Part shown: positions 27,742 through 38,761 of the stretch, piece after piece
Layout: every line of letters starts with the position of its first letter
Numbering within the stretch: position 1 is the first letter of the stretch
Assembly (NCBI GenBank): GCA_016713115.1
Contig: JADJPU010000001.1
Location: forward strand, 856,642-920,641
DNA length: 64,000 nt
Source: Cellvibrionales bacterium
Lineage (GTDB): Bacteria; Pseudomonadota; Gammaproteobacteria; Pseudomonadales; UBA7239
Direction: 5' to 3'
Translations under genes and position numbers: made by a program
The notes under the pieces: generated by a model
The model's input: the letters and a program-made list of their open reading frames with translations, nothing else
What the model was told of the DNA's origin: nothing
Databases searched by the model: none

Positions 27742-28917
27742 ATGAAAAATATACAGTTGCATTCGTTAACTTCTCTACGCTTCTTTGCCGCTCTGATGGT
27801 TTTTTTTAGTCACCTTGATTTTCTGCGCATACACACAGATACAGCGGGAAACCCAGACAAATACCAAGACATCTATAACACCTGGTTTTATGAGGGATAT
27901 TCTGGCGTAACTTTTTTCTTCATTTTATCCGGATTTATCTTGGCTCACTCGTATCAAGATAGACTGGCAAACCGCACAACGACCACTGCAGATTTTTTTA
28001 TTTATCGCATCGCGAGAATCATGCCACTACACTGGCTAACACTTTTACTAGCCATATTTTTATTGCGCACATCCAACGGTAATTATGATTTTTTCTCCAC
28101 TAGCAGCTTTCTGACCAACGCACTCTTATTACAGGCTTGGTTTAGCGACACAAGCACGGCATTTTCCTACAACTTGGTATCATGGAGCTTGTCAGATGAA
28201 ATGTTCTTCTATGCCATGTTTCCATTGCTTATCCGACTCAACACCAAAGCACTTATCCTCATTTTCATTCTACTCATCACCTGCATACTCACCTGGCTGC
28301 CGATAACGCTGCCCTTCGCGCCTTTTCATCTACCACGCTTCACCGATCTCACGAAATATTATGCCTACTGGTTTCCTGCATTCCGTATTGGTGACTTTCT
28401 AGCAGGCATTATTCTCTACCGCGCATGGATTACCTACAAAACAATCCCATCACTGCTAGCTAGTCTCCTGCAAGGAGCGTCCATTGTTTTACTGGTTTTA
28501 TTTTATGCCCACCATGCCAGCGTCGATGAAACTCTGCGTTTCGATTTTTACTACGCCACTCCCATGGCTTTTCTGATTTTTGTTTTTGCTTACTCCAATG
28601 GGGTTTTTGCAAGAATGATATCCAATCGCCCCATGCTGATACTCGGCGAAGCCAGCTTTGCTTTTTACATGATCCATCAGCTAGAGCTGTATCAGATTGG
28701 CCATCGATTGGTGAGGTACAACGATACCCTACTTGAATGGTTCTATATGACAGAGCACCCAGAGTACGCTGTGTGCATCCACTTGGGTATCAGCGTGATC
28801 TTGAGCCTAGCGCTCTTTTTCTTATTTGAACGTCCAGCTCAGCGCATTTTCCAGAAAGGATTGTTTGGCATAAAAAACATGATCATTCGTGCCGAATTTA
28901 AACCTACTCGCGCTTAA
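27742..28917 (+). CDS. acyltransferase family 3 (OafA-like) integral membrane O-acyltransferase
   Basis: 391 aa, about 10 TM. N-terminal LTSLRFFAALMVFFSHL motif typical of AT3. AT-rich relative to flanks. Confidence 0.8.
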   Translation: MKNIQLHSLTSLRFFAALMVFFSHLDFLRIHTDTAGNPDKYQDIYNTWFYEGYSGVTFFFILSGFILAHSYQDRLANRTTTTADFFIYRIARIMPLHWLTLLLAIFLLRTSNGNYDFFSTSSFLTNALLLQAWFSDTSTAFSYNLVSWSLSDEMFFYAMFPLLIRLNTKALILIFILLITCILTWLPITLPFAPFHLPRFTDLTKYYAYWFPAFRIGDFLAGIILYRAWITYKTIPSLLASLLQGASIVLLVLFYAHHASVDETLRFDFYYATPMAFLIFVFAYSNGVFARMISNRPMLILGEASFAFYMIHQLELYQIGHRLVRYNDTLLEWFYMTEHPEYAVCIHLGISVILSLALFFLFERPAQRIFQKGLFGIKNMIIRAEFKPTRA

Positions 28918-28924
28918 TGCGCAG

Positions 28925-29764
28925 TCAGGCTAATGATTCCTCCCGCAACCGTTCCATCACGGTCTTTGTCTCCGGTCTTACCCCGCGCCACAAATAAAAA
29001 CTTTCGGCGGCTTGCTCTACCAACATACCCAAACCGTCGGCGACTTGCGCACCGTTGCGCTGCGCCCACTGCAAAAATGGCGTGAGTTGTGTGCCGTACA
29101 TCATGTCGTAACAGCAGGCGTTGGGGTTGAGGATGGCGGGGTCGAGATCGGGCATTTCGCCACCCAAGCTGGCAGAGGTGCCATTGATAACGATGTCAAA
29201 CGGGCGCGCGTGAATTTGCAAACTGCTGGCGCGCAGTAATTTTATTTCTTGTGCAGATTTGCCCACAGAAAAATCTTTCACCAGTGCTTCTGCTTTTTCC
29301 AAGGTGCGATTGGCAATGACCACGCGCGAGGGCTGCTCCGCCAACAAAGGCGCAATCACGCCGCGCACCGCACCGCCCGCACCGAGCAACAACACGCGTT
29401 TGTTTTTTATCGTCCAGCCGAGGTTTTGTGTGATGTCGCGCAGCAAACCGGCACCGTCGGTGTTATCACCATAAATTTTTCCATCCGGCATTTTTTTCAG
29501 CGTATTTACCGCGCCGGCGGCTTCGGCGCGCTCGCTCACCACATCGGCCAGTTCAAATGCTTCTAACTTGAACGGCACGGTGATATTGAGGCCGCTGCCG
29601 CCGCTGGCAAAAAAGTTTTTTGCCGTGGCAATAAATTGATCGGCGGCAACCAATTGACGATCGTAGATCAAATCCTGCTGCGTCTGTGCGGCAAACGCAG
29701 CGTGAATCTGCGGTGATTTGCTGTGTGCTATGGGGTTGCCAAATACCGCGTAACGATCAGTCAT
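28925..29764 (-). CDS. aroE: shikimate dehydrogenase
   Basis: 279 aa. YAVFGNPIAHSKSPQIH.., NITVPFK, GAGGA. Confidence 0.9.
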   Translation of the reverse strand: MTDRYAVFGNPIAHSKSPQIHAAFAAQTQQDLIYDRQLVAADQFIATAKNFFASGGSGLNITVPFKLEAFELADVVSERAEAAGAVNTLKKMPDGKIYGDNTDGAGLLRDITQNLGWTIKNKRVLLLGAGGAVRGVIAPLLAEQPSRVVIANRTLEKAEALVKDFSVGKSAQEIKLLRASSLQIHARPFDIVINGTSASLGGEMPDLDPAILNPNACCYDMMYGTQLTPFLQWAQRNGAQVADGLGMLVEQAAESFYLWRGVRPETKTVMERLREESLA

Positions 29765-29782
29765 GTTTTTTCCTGTAATGAT

Positions 29783-30706
<924 letters not shown>

Positions 30707-30709
30707 TCA

Positions 30710-31267
30710 TTAAGCCATGCGGCAGATGTCGCCCGTCATTACATCGCGAATCTGCGTGGGGTTTTGCAAACCGCCGAGTGCACCGGGCAGCACAGCATCC
30801 AAGGTGTCGCCAAAATTGCAGCGCACATCAAACACCGTACGCGCCGGTTTTTTACCCGCACGATTTGCTGATGTTGACACCAAAGCTCTACCAAACTGTT
30901 TGCACAACGCAGCTGCTAACGGGTGCGCCGTAACGCGCACCGCCAGTGTGCTGCGCCCGCCAGTAATCCACGCCGGCGCTGCGCCATTGTTAGGCACCAG
31001 CCAAGTATTAGGGCCAGGCCAACTTGCGTGCAGCAGCGCCAGTTTTTCTTCTGGCAAACCGCGCAGGTAGGGCATCAGTTGTTCAACATCGGCTGCAATA
31101 AGTATCACGCCCTTGCGCCAGCTTCGTTGTTTTAGCGCAAGCAATTGTGCAACAGCTTCTTCATTGTGCGGATCACAACCCAAACCCCATACCGCTTCCG
31201 TGGGATAGGCAATCACGCCGCCGCTGCGCAATACCGACACCGTACGCTGCAGCTGAAAAGTGTTCAT
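30710..31267 (-). CDS. tsaC: L-threonylcarbamoyladenylate synthase (YrdC/TsaC)
   Basis: ORF 30710..31372. ATG 31267 gives MNTFQLQRTVSVLRSGGVIAYPTEAVWGLGCDP, colinear with E. coli TsaC. The tsaC-hemF-aroE order matches Pseudomonas. Confidence 0.85.
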   Translation of the reverse strand: MNTFQLQRTVSVLRSGGVIAYPTEAVWGLGCDPHNEEAVAQLLALKQRSWRKGVILIAADVEQLMPYLRGLPEEKLALLHASWPGPNTWLVPNNGAAPAWITGGRSTLAVRVTAHPLAAALCKQFGRALVSTSANRAGKKPARTVFDVRCNFGDTLDAVLPGALGGLQNPTQIRDVMTGDICRMA

Positions 31268-31280
31268 TGAAAGTTTTCGT

Positions 31281-31658
31281 TCAGGCACCGAAAGCATTTT
31301 GTATCCACTCAAATTGCAGTGCATTATTTTCTGTCGGCCTTGCCGCGACAATATCGAAGCGACACGGCGCATTGCGCCACTGCGGATGCGCCAATAAAAA
31401 CAACTGCGCGGTTTGCAGTAATTTGCGCTGTTTACTCGCCGTCACACTTTCTACCGGCGAACCAAAGTTATCACTTTTGCGAAAGCGCACTTCGACAAAC
31501 ACCAGTGTTGCACCTTCGCGCATAATCAAATCAATTTCACCGCCGCGCCGTTGAAAATTCTGCGCAATGGATTGCAGGCCTTGCTGCTGCAAATAGTGTT
31601 CTGCAGCGCGCTCTACCACTTCACCCCGTGCGCGCGGCGCAGCGGCACCGCGAGGCAT
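31281..31658 (-). CDS. yraN: YraN family (UPF0102) endonuclease-like protein
   Basis: 125 aa. GEIDLIMREG..LVFVEVRFR motif. The start shares one nt with the lpoA stop (TGATG). Confidence 0.8.
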   Translation of the reverse strand: MPRGAAAPRARGEVVERAAEHYLQQQGLQSIAQNFQRRGGEIDLIMREGATLVFVEVRFRKSDNFGSPVESVTASKQRKLLQTAQLFLLAHPQWRNAPCRFDIVAARPTENNALQFEWIQNAFGA

Positions 31659-33507
31659 CAGAAACGCCCGTCAGCCGTGGCGGGCTGAGCGATGGGTTTG
31701 CCGTCTTGCATCACCGCCCACACCAAACTGCGCTGCACGCGACGATTGCTCATGCTCAAGTAGCCGGTATTGCCCGACACACGCAACGAGGCGTTGCCCG
31801 CCAGCGGTGACAGTTGTGAGAACAGTTGCTCGGCATCGGCACCCATCGCGAACAGGCGTCCGTTGGCATTATTCGGCACGGGAATTTTGGCTTCTTGCAG
31901 CGGCCCGCTGCTCACCTGCCAAGGCGACAGGCACACGCGCAGACCATTGGTGCGCACATCAACGCGACCGTCCAACACTTCCGCCGTCGCGTACACCGGC
32001 AGATCTTTGCCGCCGTTGCGTTGCAGAGCATCCATCACGGCTGCTGCATCTGCGCCGTTGCCACTGAAATACACCATCTCCGGCAGGGTTTTGCCGGCGC
32101 GCATCTGCCCGCTCGCCAAATCCACGCCGAGCGCATCGGCGATCGCCGCGCTGTAATTGCCAGTGCCAGCCGCGTAGCGCATTTGCACCGCTTCACCACC
32201 CGTGCGCTGCCAAGCCTGTGTGAATGCCTGTGCCAAGCGTTCGCCGCGCTCGCCCTGCGGTGCAATCACCAAGGCACGGCGGTAGCGATTGGCGGCCGCT
32301 GTGGTTGCCACCTGCGCCACATCGTCATCGGGGTTGAGGCTGAATTGATACAAAACATCGGCGCTGCGCTGCTCCGGCGCGGTGTGGTTCAACGCCAGCG
32401 TCGGTACCGGCAAATTGGCTTGATTGGCCAATACTTGTACCTGTTCTTTTCCAGCGGGCCGATCACCAGTTGCGCACCCTGCGCCACAGCTTGCTGGTAA
32501 GTATTGAGGATATCGGGCGAGGCGCTGGTATCCACCAAATCCACCTGCGGCGCGCCGCCACCGCCACTCATCTGCTGGTAGTGCATGCTCATGAAGCCAT
32601 CGCGGAATGCCTGCCCCGCCGCCCCCCACTTGCCAGTCAAGGGCAGTAACAAGGCGATGCGTTGTGGGCGAGCGCCGTTGGAAGTTTCACTGGCAGCGAC
32701 CACCAACTCGGCGGGCATACTGCGATTGGCAGGGTGTGTGGCGTAACGGTTGCGCCAGCTCTGCACATCGGCGGCCATGCGCTCGCTGTTGCCTGCGTCT
32801 TCACGCTGAATGTGAGCAAGTGCTAACCATCCTGCTAATAGCTGATCTTCTTTAGAGTTGCGGCTGTCGGCGTTCTCTAAGAATTGCAGATCCGCCATCG
32901 ACATCGCCAACAACAGCCGCCAAATGCTGGCCGACAATTCCGCTTGCTCTGCCTCCGGCGTGTGCGCACTCTGGCTAATGCGCTCATGCAGTGCGTCCAG
33001 CATTTTGCCTTGGCGCTCAAACAAACGCGCACGCAGACTGTGCAGCGTGGCCGTCTGACTCTCGCTCAGCCCTTGGTTCAATTCAGGGGCAAGCAGCACA
33101 CGCGCCGCATCGTCTACATGGCGCTGGTACAGTGCCCAATCGCCGTATTGCAGGCTGTACTCGATGCGCTGTGGCGGCGTAAGCGACTCGGGACGCAGTA
33201 CCTCAAACACGCGCCCCATGCGCACATAATCACCCATTTGTTGATAGTAGGCCGAGGCTTGCAGAAAGAGGGTTTCGCGCTCGGGCGATTGCGCGGCTTC
33301 TGCGCGCTTGAGCAATTCAAATACCAAGTTGGTGTTGACCGCCTTCGGCTTGGCGCTGCCCTCAGAAGAAGACGATTGCTCTGCGATCTCGGGTATCGCA
33401 CCGCTATCTGGCTTGGGCGCAGCACAGCTCGCCAAACCCATACTTATCAACAACATCAAGACAGCTGCGCCGCGCAGGCGCAAACGACAAGGTAGAATGA
33501 AAGACAT
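31658..33507 (-). pseudogene. lpoA: penicillin-binding protein activator LpoA (lipoprotein), frame-disrupted in this sequence
   Basis: ATG 33507 gives the lipoprotein signal MSFILPCRLRLRGAAVLMLLISMGLASC. N-terminal TPR-like part is in ORF 32389..33741, C-terminal periplasmic-binding-like part in ORF 31658..32629. The frames join at ..LVIGPLEK/EQVQVLANQ.. in the A4 run (plus-strand T4, 32447-32450). Divergent from rsmI as in E. coli. Confidence 0.75.
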
Positions 33508-33528
33508 CTTTGAATTCCGGTTTATGGC

Positions 33529-34380
33529 ATGTCCACGGCAACCCTGTATCTGGTCGCAACGCCCATAGGCAATCTGGCCGACATGGTACCCCGCGCCCTT
33601 GCGGTTCTCCAATCCGTTGATGCCATCGCGGTGGAGGATTCGCGCCACAGCGGCAAATTGTTGCAGCACTTCAACATCAGCAAGCCGCTGATTCCCTACC
33701 ACGACCACAACGAGCGCGATGCCGCCGAGCGCATTCTGCATTTATTGCAGCAGGGCAAACGCGTGGCGCTGATTTCCGATGCCGGTACGCCCGCCATTGC
33801 CGACCCCGGCTACCGCTTGGTGCGTTTGGCACATCAGAATGGCGTGCGCGTGGAGAGCCTGCCAGGGCCCTGCGCGGCCATCACCGCGCTGGCTGGTTCC
33901 GGCTTGCCTTCCGACCGTTTTTTATTTTGTGGATTTCTGCCCGCCAAGCAGCAAGCGCGTTGCACGGCTTTGCAGGTGCTGGCTGATGAATCCGCCACGC
34001 TAATTTTTTACGAAGCGCCGCACCGCCTCGCCGACACCGTGCGCGATTTGGCAGATACATTTGGCGGCGCGCGCGAAATTTGTTTGGCGCGCGAATTGTC
34101 CAAGCAGTATGAAACCCTGTGGCTGACGACGCTGGCCGAACTGGCACAAGCGCTGGATGAAAAGCGCGTGGAGGAGCGCGGCGAAATCGTGTTGATCGTG
34201 GCTGGCAACACGCAAAAAAATAACGACCAAGGCGAAGACGATCGCATCTTAAAAATTCTGTTAGCTGAGTTGCCCGTGAAACAAGCGTCTGCGTTGACGG
34301 CGCAAATCACCGGCACATCCAAACGCGAGTTGTATCAACGCGCTGTGCAGTGGAAAACACAAGAGTATGACGATGCGTAG
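33529..34380 (+). CDS. rsmI: 16S rRNA (cytidine1402-2'-O)-methyltransferase
   Basis: 283 aa. LYLVATPIGNLADM.., SDAGTPAIADPG motifs. Confidence 0.9.
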   Translation: MSTATLYLVATPIGNLADMVPRALAVLQSVDAIAVEDSRHSGKLLQHFNISKPLIPYHDHNERDAAERILHLLQQGKRVALISDAGTPAIADPGYRLVRLAHQNGVRVESLPGPCAAITALAGSGLPSDRFLFCGFLPAKQQARCTALQVLADESATLIFYEAPHRLADTVRDLADTFGGAREICLARELSKQYETLWLTTLAELAQALDEKRVEERGEIVLIVAGNTQKNNDQGEDDRILKILLAELPVKQASALTAQITGTSKRELYQRAVQWKTQEYDDA

Positions 34381-36124
34381 GTGCGTGTTTTTTGCGCTGT
34401 TGTTGGTGAGCAACTTTTTGCACGCTGCCACGCTGCAAAAACCGAATGTGCTATTAATTTTGCTCGATGATGCCGGCTACAGCGATGTTGCCGGTTTTGG
34501 GCGCAACGATGCGCCTACGCCCAATATTCAAAGCATCGCGCAGGAAGGTGTGCGTTTTACGCGTCACTATGCCGACAGCACTTGCAAACCCGCGCGCTTG
34601 GCGCTGCTGACGGGGCGTGAATCCGCACGCGTGGCGCAGAGCCCAGACTTTCGCGGCATGTCTCCTGATATCGTCACTCTTGCAGATGCATTGAAAACTA
34701 ATGGCTACCACACGGCGCACATTGGTAAATGGCATTTGGGTGATGCCGTGCGTGGCGCATGGCCAGATCAACAAGGCTTCGACGAATGGTTTGGTTTTCT
34801 CAATCAATTTCAATTGAAAGGCCCAGATGCAGAAGGTCAATTTACCAAGCGTCCCACTTAGATCGATCCATGGCTGCAAAGCGATCACACACCCTTACAA
34901 CAATACCGAGGTCACCTGGAAGATATTCTGGCTGAACGCGTGGTCGCACAAATTAAAAAAGGCAAACAAAACGCGCCGTGGTTTATCAACTATTGGCTGT
35001 TTGCACCACATCATCCCAGCACAGCCTCTGAAGAATATTTAAAAAAATTTCCCGATACACCAGAAGGAAAATACCGCGCATTGCTCGCGCAAGCCGATGC
35101 GGAAATTGGTAAAGCGCTGCAAGCGCTGCGCGATACACAACAACTCGATAACACCTTGATTGTGCTGGCTTCCGACAACGGCGGCACCAACCAAATGATG
35201 AACAACAATTTTCCTTACGCTGGCGTAAAAGGTGAATTCTTAGAAGGCAGTTTGCGCACGCCATTGATAATTCGCTGGCCCGACAAACGCAGCGCAGGCA
35301 AAGCTATCGACGACATTGTGGCAATACAGGATATTTATCCCACTGTGCTCGCTGCAGCCGGCATTACACCCACCACCGCGCTGGACGGTGAAAACCTGCA
35401 GCCGTTGCTGGACAACCAAAAACTCAAACCGCGCAACTTGGTTTTTGAAATCGGCAGTCTGGGTTTGTTTAACCACAGCATCCTCCAAGCCGATGGAGCG
35501 CTAGGCACAGCAGATAACATTTACCGTCAGTGGCGCGATAAAAAAACGCCGCTGCAACTGCAGTACCACGCACTCGCTAACAATGGCCAAGCGCGCATTA
35601 CAGGTGACGACTTTCGCCGTGCGCCTGGCTACGGCGCATTCAGTTTTGTGATTGGAGCAACGCTATCTCCTTCATCGCCTAACGGACCTCAAACCATCGC
35701 CGAACAAAAAGGTCTTTGGTCTTTAATCTACAACAGCGACAACACATTTTCCGTGCGCATTGGCAACGACACCGTTGTAAGTCAGCCTTGGAAAAACGCC
35801 GCACGCAATAAAACCTGCACCGCCATTTCACTCACCAGCTTTTACACACGATCACGCCTACACGCCGGACACAACAGCGCACAAATGGCACTGTATGTCG
35901 GCGGCGAAAAACTCTTGGATTGGCGGCAAGAAAATCCTGCAGAAATTGATGGCGATTTTTCTGAACCCACCTGGATAGGGCGCGATGCACAAGGGCAACA
36001 CGCTTGGCAGGGCTTGTTATCACAACCACAATTCTTTAACGCACTGTTATCTGACAACAACAGTGCTGCCTTTGATCGCGGGCAAGATACCGAAAAGCGT
36101 ATTTGCGCAACGACACCCAAATAA
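34367..36124 (+). pseudogene. secreted formylglycine-type sulfatase with an in-frame TAG
   Basis: ORFs 34367..34861 and 34940..36124 are in the same frame. Only TAG 34859-34861 separates ..QFTKRPT from IDPWLQSDHTPLQQYRGHLEDILAERVVAQIKK.. It has a signal peptide, LLILLDDAGYSD, and the active-site CxPxR motif (STCKPARLALLTGR). Confidence 0.8.
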
Positions 36125-36125
36125 T

Positions 36126-36797
36126 ATGCGCCTGCAAATCCCACAAAAATTTCGCCGCAATTCACACATGGTGAAAGAAGCTGGCTACGATGAATCCGCC
36201 AAAGAAATTATTGCATTGATGGCTGAGCGTTTAGGGCTTGCTGACTTCCGCGACACGAATATTCTTGATGTGGGTTGCGGCACGCGTTTTTCTGCTTACA
36301 TGATCAACAACGAGGTGCCTGTCAAAAGCTACACCGGCATTGATGTCGACGAAGAAATTATTGATTTTTTGCAAACAGCTGCAAGCCCTGTTGATGCGCG
36401 TTTTCATTATGCACACTGGCCGGTTCGCAACGCACTTTACAACCCAGCAGGCGCGCCGCTGTCATTGCAAACGCATTTGCCTGTTGCCGGATCGTTTGAT
36501 GTGATTTGGCTGTTTTCTGTTTTTACGCATTTAGACCCAGATGATGCGGCAGCCATGTTGCGCATTTTGCGCCAACACATCGCCTCTCACGGAAAATTGA
36601 TTTTTACTTGTCGCATCAACAACACAGTCGATGGCTTTGTGGACCGCATCCCAGAGCAACCCCTGCTGCGGGCGGTGTTTTCTCAAACACTGATGGAAAA
36701 GATGATTATAGAAAGTGGCTGGACCATTGATCATTTTTATAAAAATGATCCGCGCGATTTTATTCGCAACTACTACATCTGCTCACCTAGGCGATAG
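36126..36797 (+). CDS. class I SAM-dependent methyltransferase
   Basis: ORF 35985..36797. The first ATG after the sulfatase stop is 36126 (alternative 36168). Motif I is ILDVGCGTRF. Also VIWLFSVFTHL. Confidence 0.7.
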   Translation: MRLQIPQKFRRNSHMVKEAGYDESAKEIIALMAERLGLADFRDTNILDVGCGTRFSAYMINNEVPVKSYTGIDVDEEIIDFLQTAASPVDARFHYAHWPVRNALYNPAGAPLSLQTHLPVAGSFDVIWLFSVFTHLDPDDAAAMLRILRQHIASHGKLIFTCRINNTVDGFVDRIPEQPLLRAVFSQTLMEKMIIESGWTIDHFYKNDPRDFIRNYYICSPRR

Positions 36798-36800
36798 CAC

Positions 36801-37082
36801 TCAAGGCAACTCATCTTGCTCTAGGCTTTCTTCGCTCTCTTCACTTTCATCGGGTGCAGATAGCATAGGCTCAGCAGGCATATGATCGACATCCTGTGAA
36901 AAACCAATGTAGTCTTGTACGCCAATTTCGGCCAACTCCTGCGTATCGAACGGGCCGACATCGACACGCTCGCGCGTCATAAAATACCAACCGTCCCCGC
37001 TAAAGAAAGTGCGTGAACGGCGCTCTGGGGGCGCACTATTTTCCCCTTTGCGCCGACTGTCTGCGTGCTGCTTCTTGCTCAT
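36801..37082 (-). CDS. small conserved-looking hypothetical protein with acidic tail
   Basis: 93 aa. Basic N-terminus, core RTFFSGDGWYFMTRERVDVGPFDTQELAEIGVQDYI, and C-terminal DESEESEESLEQDE. Family not confidently recognised. Confidence 0.5.
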   Translation of the reverse strand: MSKKQHADSRRKGENSAPPERRSRTFFSGDGWYFMTRERVDVGPFDTQELAEIGVQDYIGFSQDVDHMPAEPMLSAPDESEESEESLEQDELP

Positions 37083-37198
37083 AAAATTCGCCTCTTATCA
37101 GTTGTTTTTCTCCTTGGGCGTTTTCACTTTACAACGACTCTAGCCCTTGACCATACCCTATAATGCGGCTCTGATTTGGCAGGCAAACAAGGTATCGC

Positions 37199-38725
37199 GT
37201 GTTATTTAACTCCTACGAATTTCTGCTGCTTTTTCTCCCACTTGCGCTCGGCGGCTACTACACCATCAGCCGCAGCTTTGGTCAAAACAGCGCTATTACT
37301 TGGCTGGCGCTGTGCTCCATGTTCTTTTACGGCTGGTGGAACCCCGCTTATATCGGCTTGATGACAGCCTCTATCCTGTGTAACTACGGCTTTGGGGTGG
37401 CGTTGTCGAGCCGCTACCGCTCGCGGCTCACACTCGCGCTCGGGGTTGCTCTCAACCTGTTGCTGTTGTGCTATTACAAATACACGGATTTTTTCATCAG
37501 CAACATCAATGAATTCGCAGGAACCGCTTGGGCGCTGCACCACATCATTCTCCCTCTCGGTATTTCTTTTTTTACTTTTACGCAAATTGCCTATTTAGTT
37601 GATGTGTATCGCGGTGAAGTGAAAGAGTACCGCATCACGGATTACTTTTTGTTTGTCACTTATTTCCCGCACTTAATTGCCGGTCCCATCATTCATCACA
37701 AAGAAATGATGCCGCAATTTAAATTACCCGCCACCGAGACCATCACCGCGCGCAATATCACTGCTGGCTTAGTGCTATTCACGATTGGCATGGCGAAAAA
37801 AATTCTGATTGCCGATCGCGTGATGGTGTATGTCTCGCCTGTTTTTTCTGCGGCAGAAAATGGCGCGACGCTCACCTTTTTTGAAGCGTGGGGCGGTGCG
37901 TTGGCGTACACCATTCAGTTATATTTTGATTTCAGCGGCTATGTCGATATGGCACTCGGCATCTCGTTGCTGTTTGGCATACGCCTGCCACTCAATTTCG
38001 ATTCGCCATATAAAGCCACCAATATCATTGATTTCTGGCGACGCTGGCACATGACGCTGTCGCGTTTTTTGCGCGATTATCTCTACATTGGTTTAGGCGG
38101 CAACCGCAAAGGCAAAGCGCGACGCTATATCAATTTATTGCTCACCATGTTGCTGGGCGGTTTGTGGCACGGCGCAGGTTGGACTTTTGTGATCTGGGGC
38201 GGCTTGCACGGCCTGTATCTCTGCATCAACCACGCGTGGCGTGCGCTGTGCGGCAATCGCACGCCAATACTGCCAGCACCACTGCGCACTGCACTCTATG
38301 GCAGCATTACATTTTTGGCTGTCGTTGTGGCTTGGGTATTTTTTCGCGCAGAAACTGAACACGGCGCGTGGCAAATCTTACAAGGCATGGCCGGTGTAAA
38401 CGGCGTTTCACTGCCGTTGAAATACGCCGACGACTGGGGCGCAGTGGGCGTGTGGCTGACACAACAAGGTTTGGTGTTTGACGACAGTTTATTCAAAGGT
38501 GGCAAACAATTAGGCCAGATTTTTTGGGCATTGCTGATCATTTGGTTACTACCCAACTCGCAAGTTCTCTTGCGGCACTATGATGTTTGCACCACACCCA
38601 TTACAGAAACTTCGCGCATTGCTTTTCGACCCAACTGGGCAACACTGGCGATGGTGTTACTGGTGTTGATTTACAGTTTTTCACGCCTGACCGAACTCAG
38701 TGAATTCCTGTATTTCCGCTTCTGA
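37199..38725 (+). CDS. MBOAT-family membrane O-acyltransferase (AlgI/DltB/PatA-like)
   Basis: 508 aa with GTG start. N-terminus is (M)LFNSYEFLLLFLPL.. as in AlgI. The region WRRWHMTLSRFLRDYLYIGLGGNR..GGLWHGAGW carries the conserved MBOAT His. Confidence 0.85.
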   Translation: MLFNSYEFLLLFLPLALGGYYTISRSFGQNSAITWLALCSMFFYGWWNPAYIGLMTASILCNYGFGVALSSRYRSRLTLALGVALNLLLLCYYKYTDFFISNINEFAGTAWALHHIILPLGISFFTFTQIAYLVDVYRGEVKEYRITDYFLFVTYFPHLIAGPIIHHKEMMPQFKLPATETITARNITAGLVLFTIGMAKKILIADRVMVYVSPVFSAAENGATLTFFEAWGGALAYTIQLYFDFSGYVDMALGISLLFGIRLPLNFDSPYKATNIIDFWRRWHMTLSRFLRDYLYIGLGGNRKGKARRYINLLLTMLLGGLWHGAGWTFVIWGGLHGLYLCINHAWRALCGNRTPILPAPLRTALYGSITFLAVVVAWVFFRAETEHGAWQILQGMAGVNGVSLPLKYADDWGAVGVWLTQQGLVFDDSLFKGGKQLGQIFWALLIIWLLPNSQVLLRHYDVCTTPITETSRIAFRPNWATLAMVLLVLIYSFSRLTELSEFLYFRF

Positions 38726-38761
38726 AACATTTTTTTTGCTGCTTACGATCTAGGTGCTGAC

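Noticed and set aside
33508-33741. N-terminal extension of the lpoA ORF overlapping the rsmI start. Similar extensions occur on pilT (25392-25502), the radical SAM gene (8284-8349) and tsaC (31268-31372).
   Set aside because: In each case an internal Met gives the canonical N-terminus (lipoprotein signal, MDITELL.., ATGA coupling, MNTFQLQ..). The extension would overlap a neighbouring gene or promoter.
34859-34861. The in-frame TAG codons (here and at 54742-54744) as pyrrolysine or other recoding.
   Set aside because: The window has no pyl genes or PYLIS-like context, the taxon is not known to use Pyl, and one site lies in a TM helix where Pyl makes no sense. Nonsense mutation or base-call error is far more likely.
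37147-37164. TTGACC ... TATAAT upstream of the MBOAT gene as a sigma-70 promoter.
   Set aside because: The two hexamers are only 6 nt apart (17 +/- 1 is needed), and no -35-like hexamer lies at the correct distance from the TATAAT.
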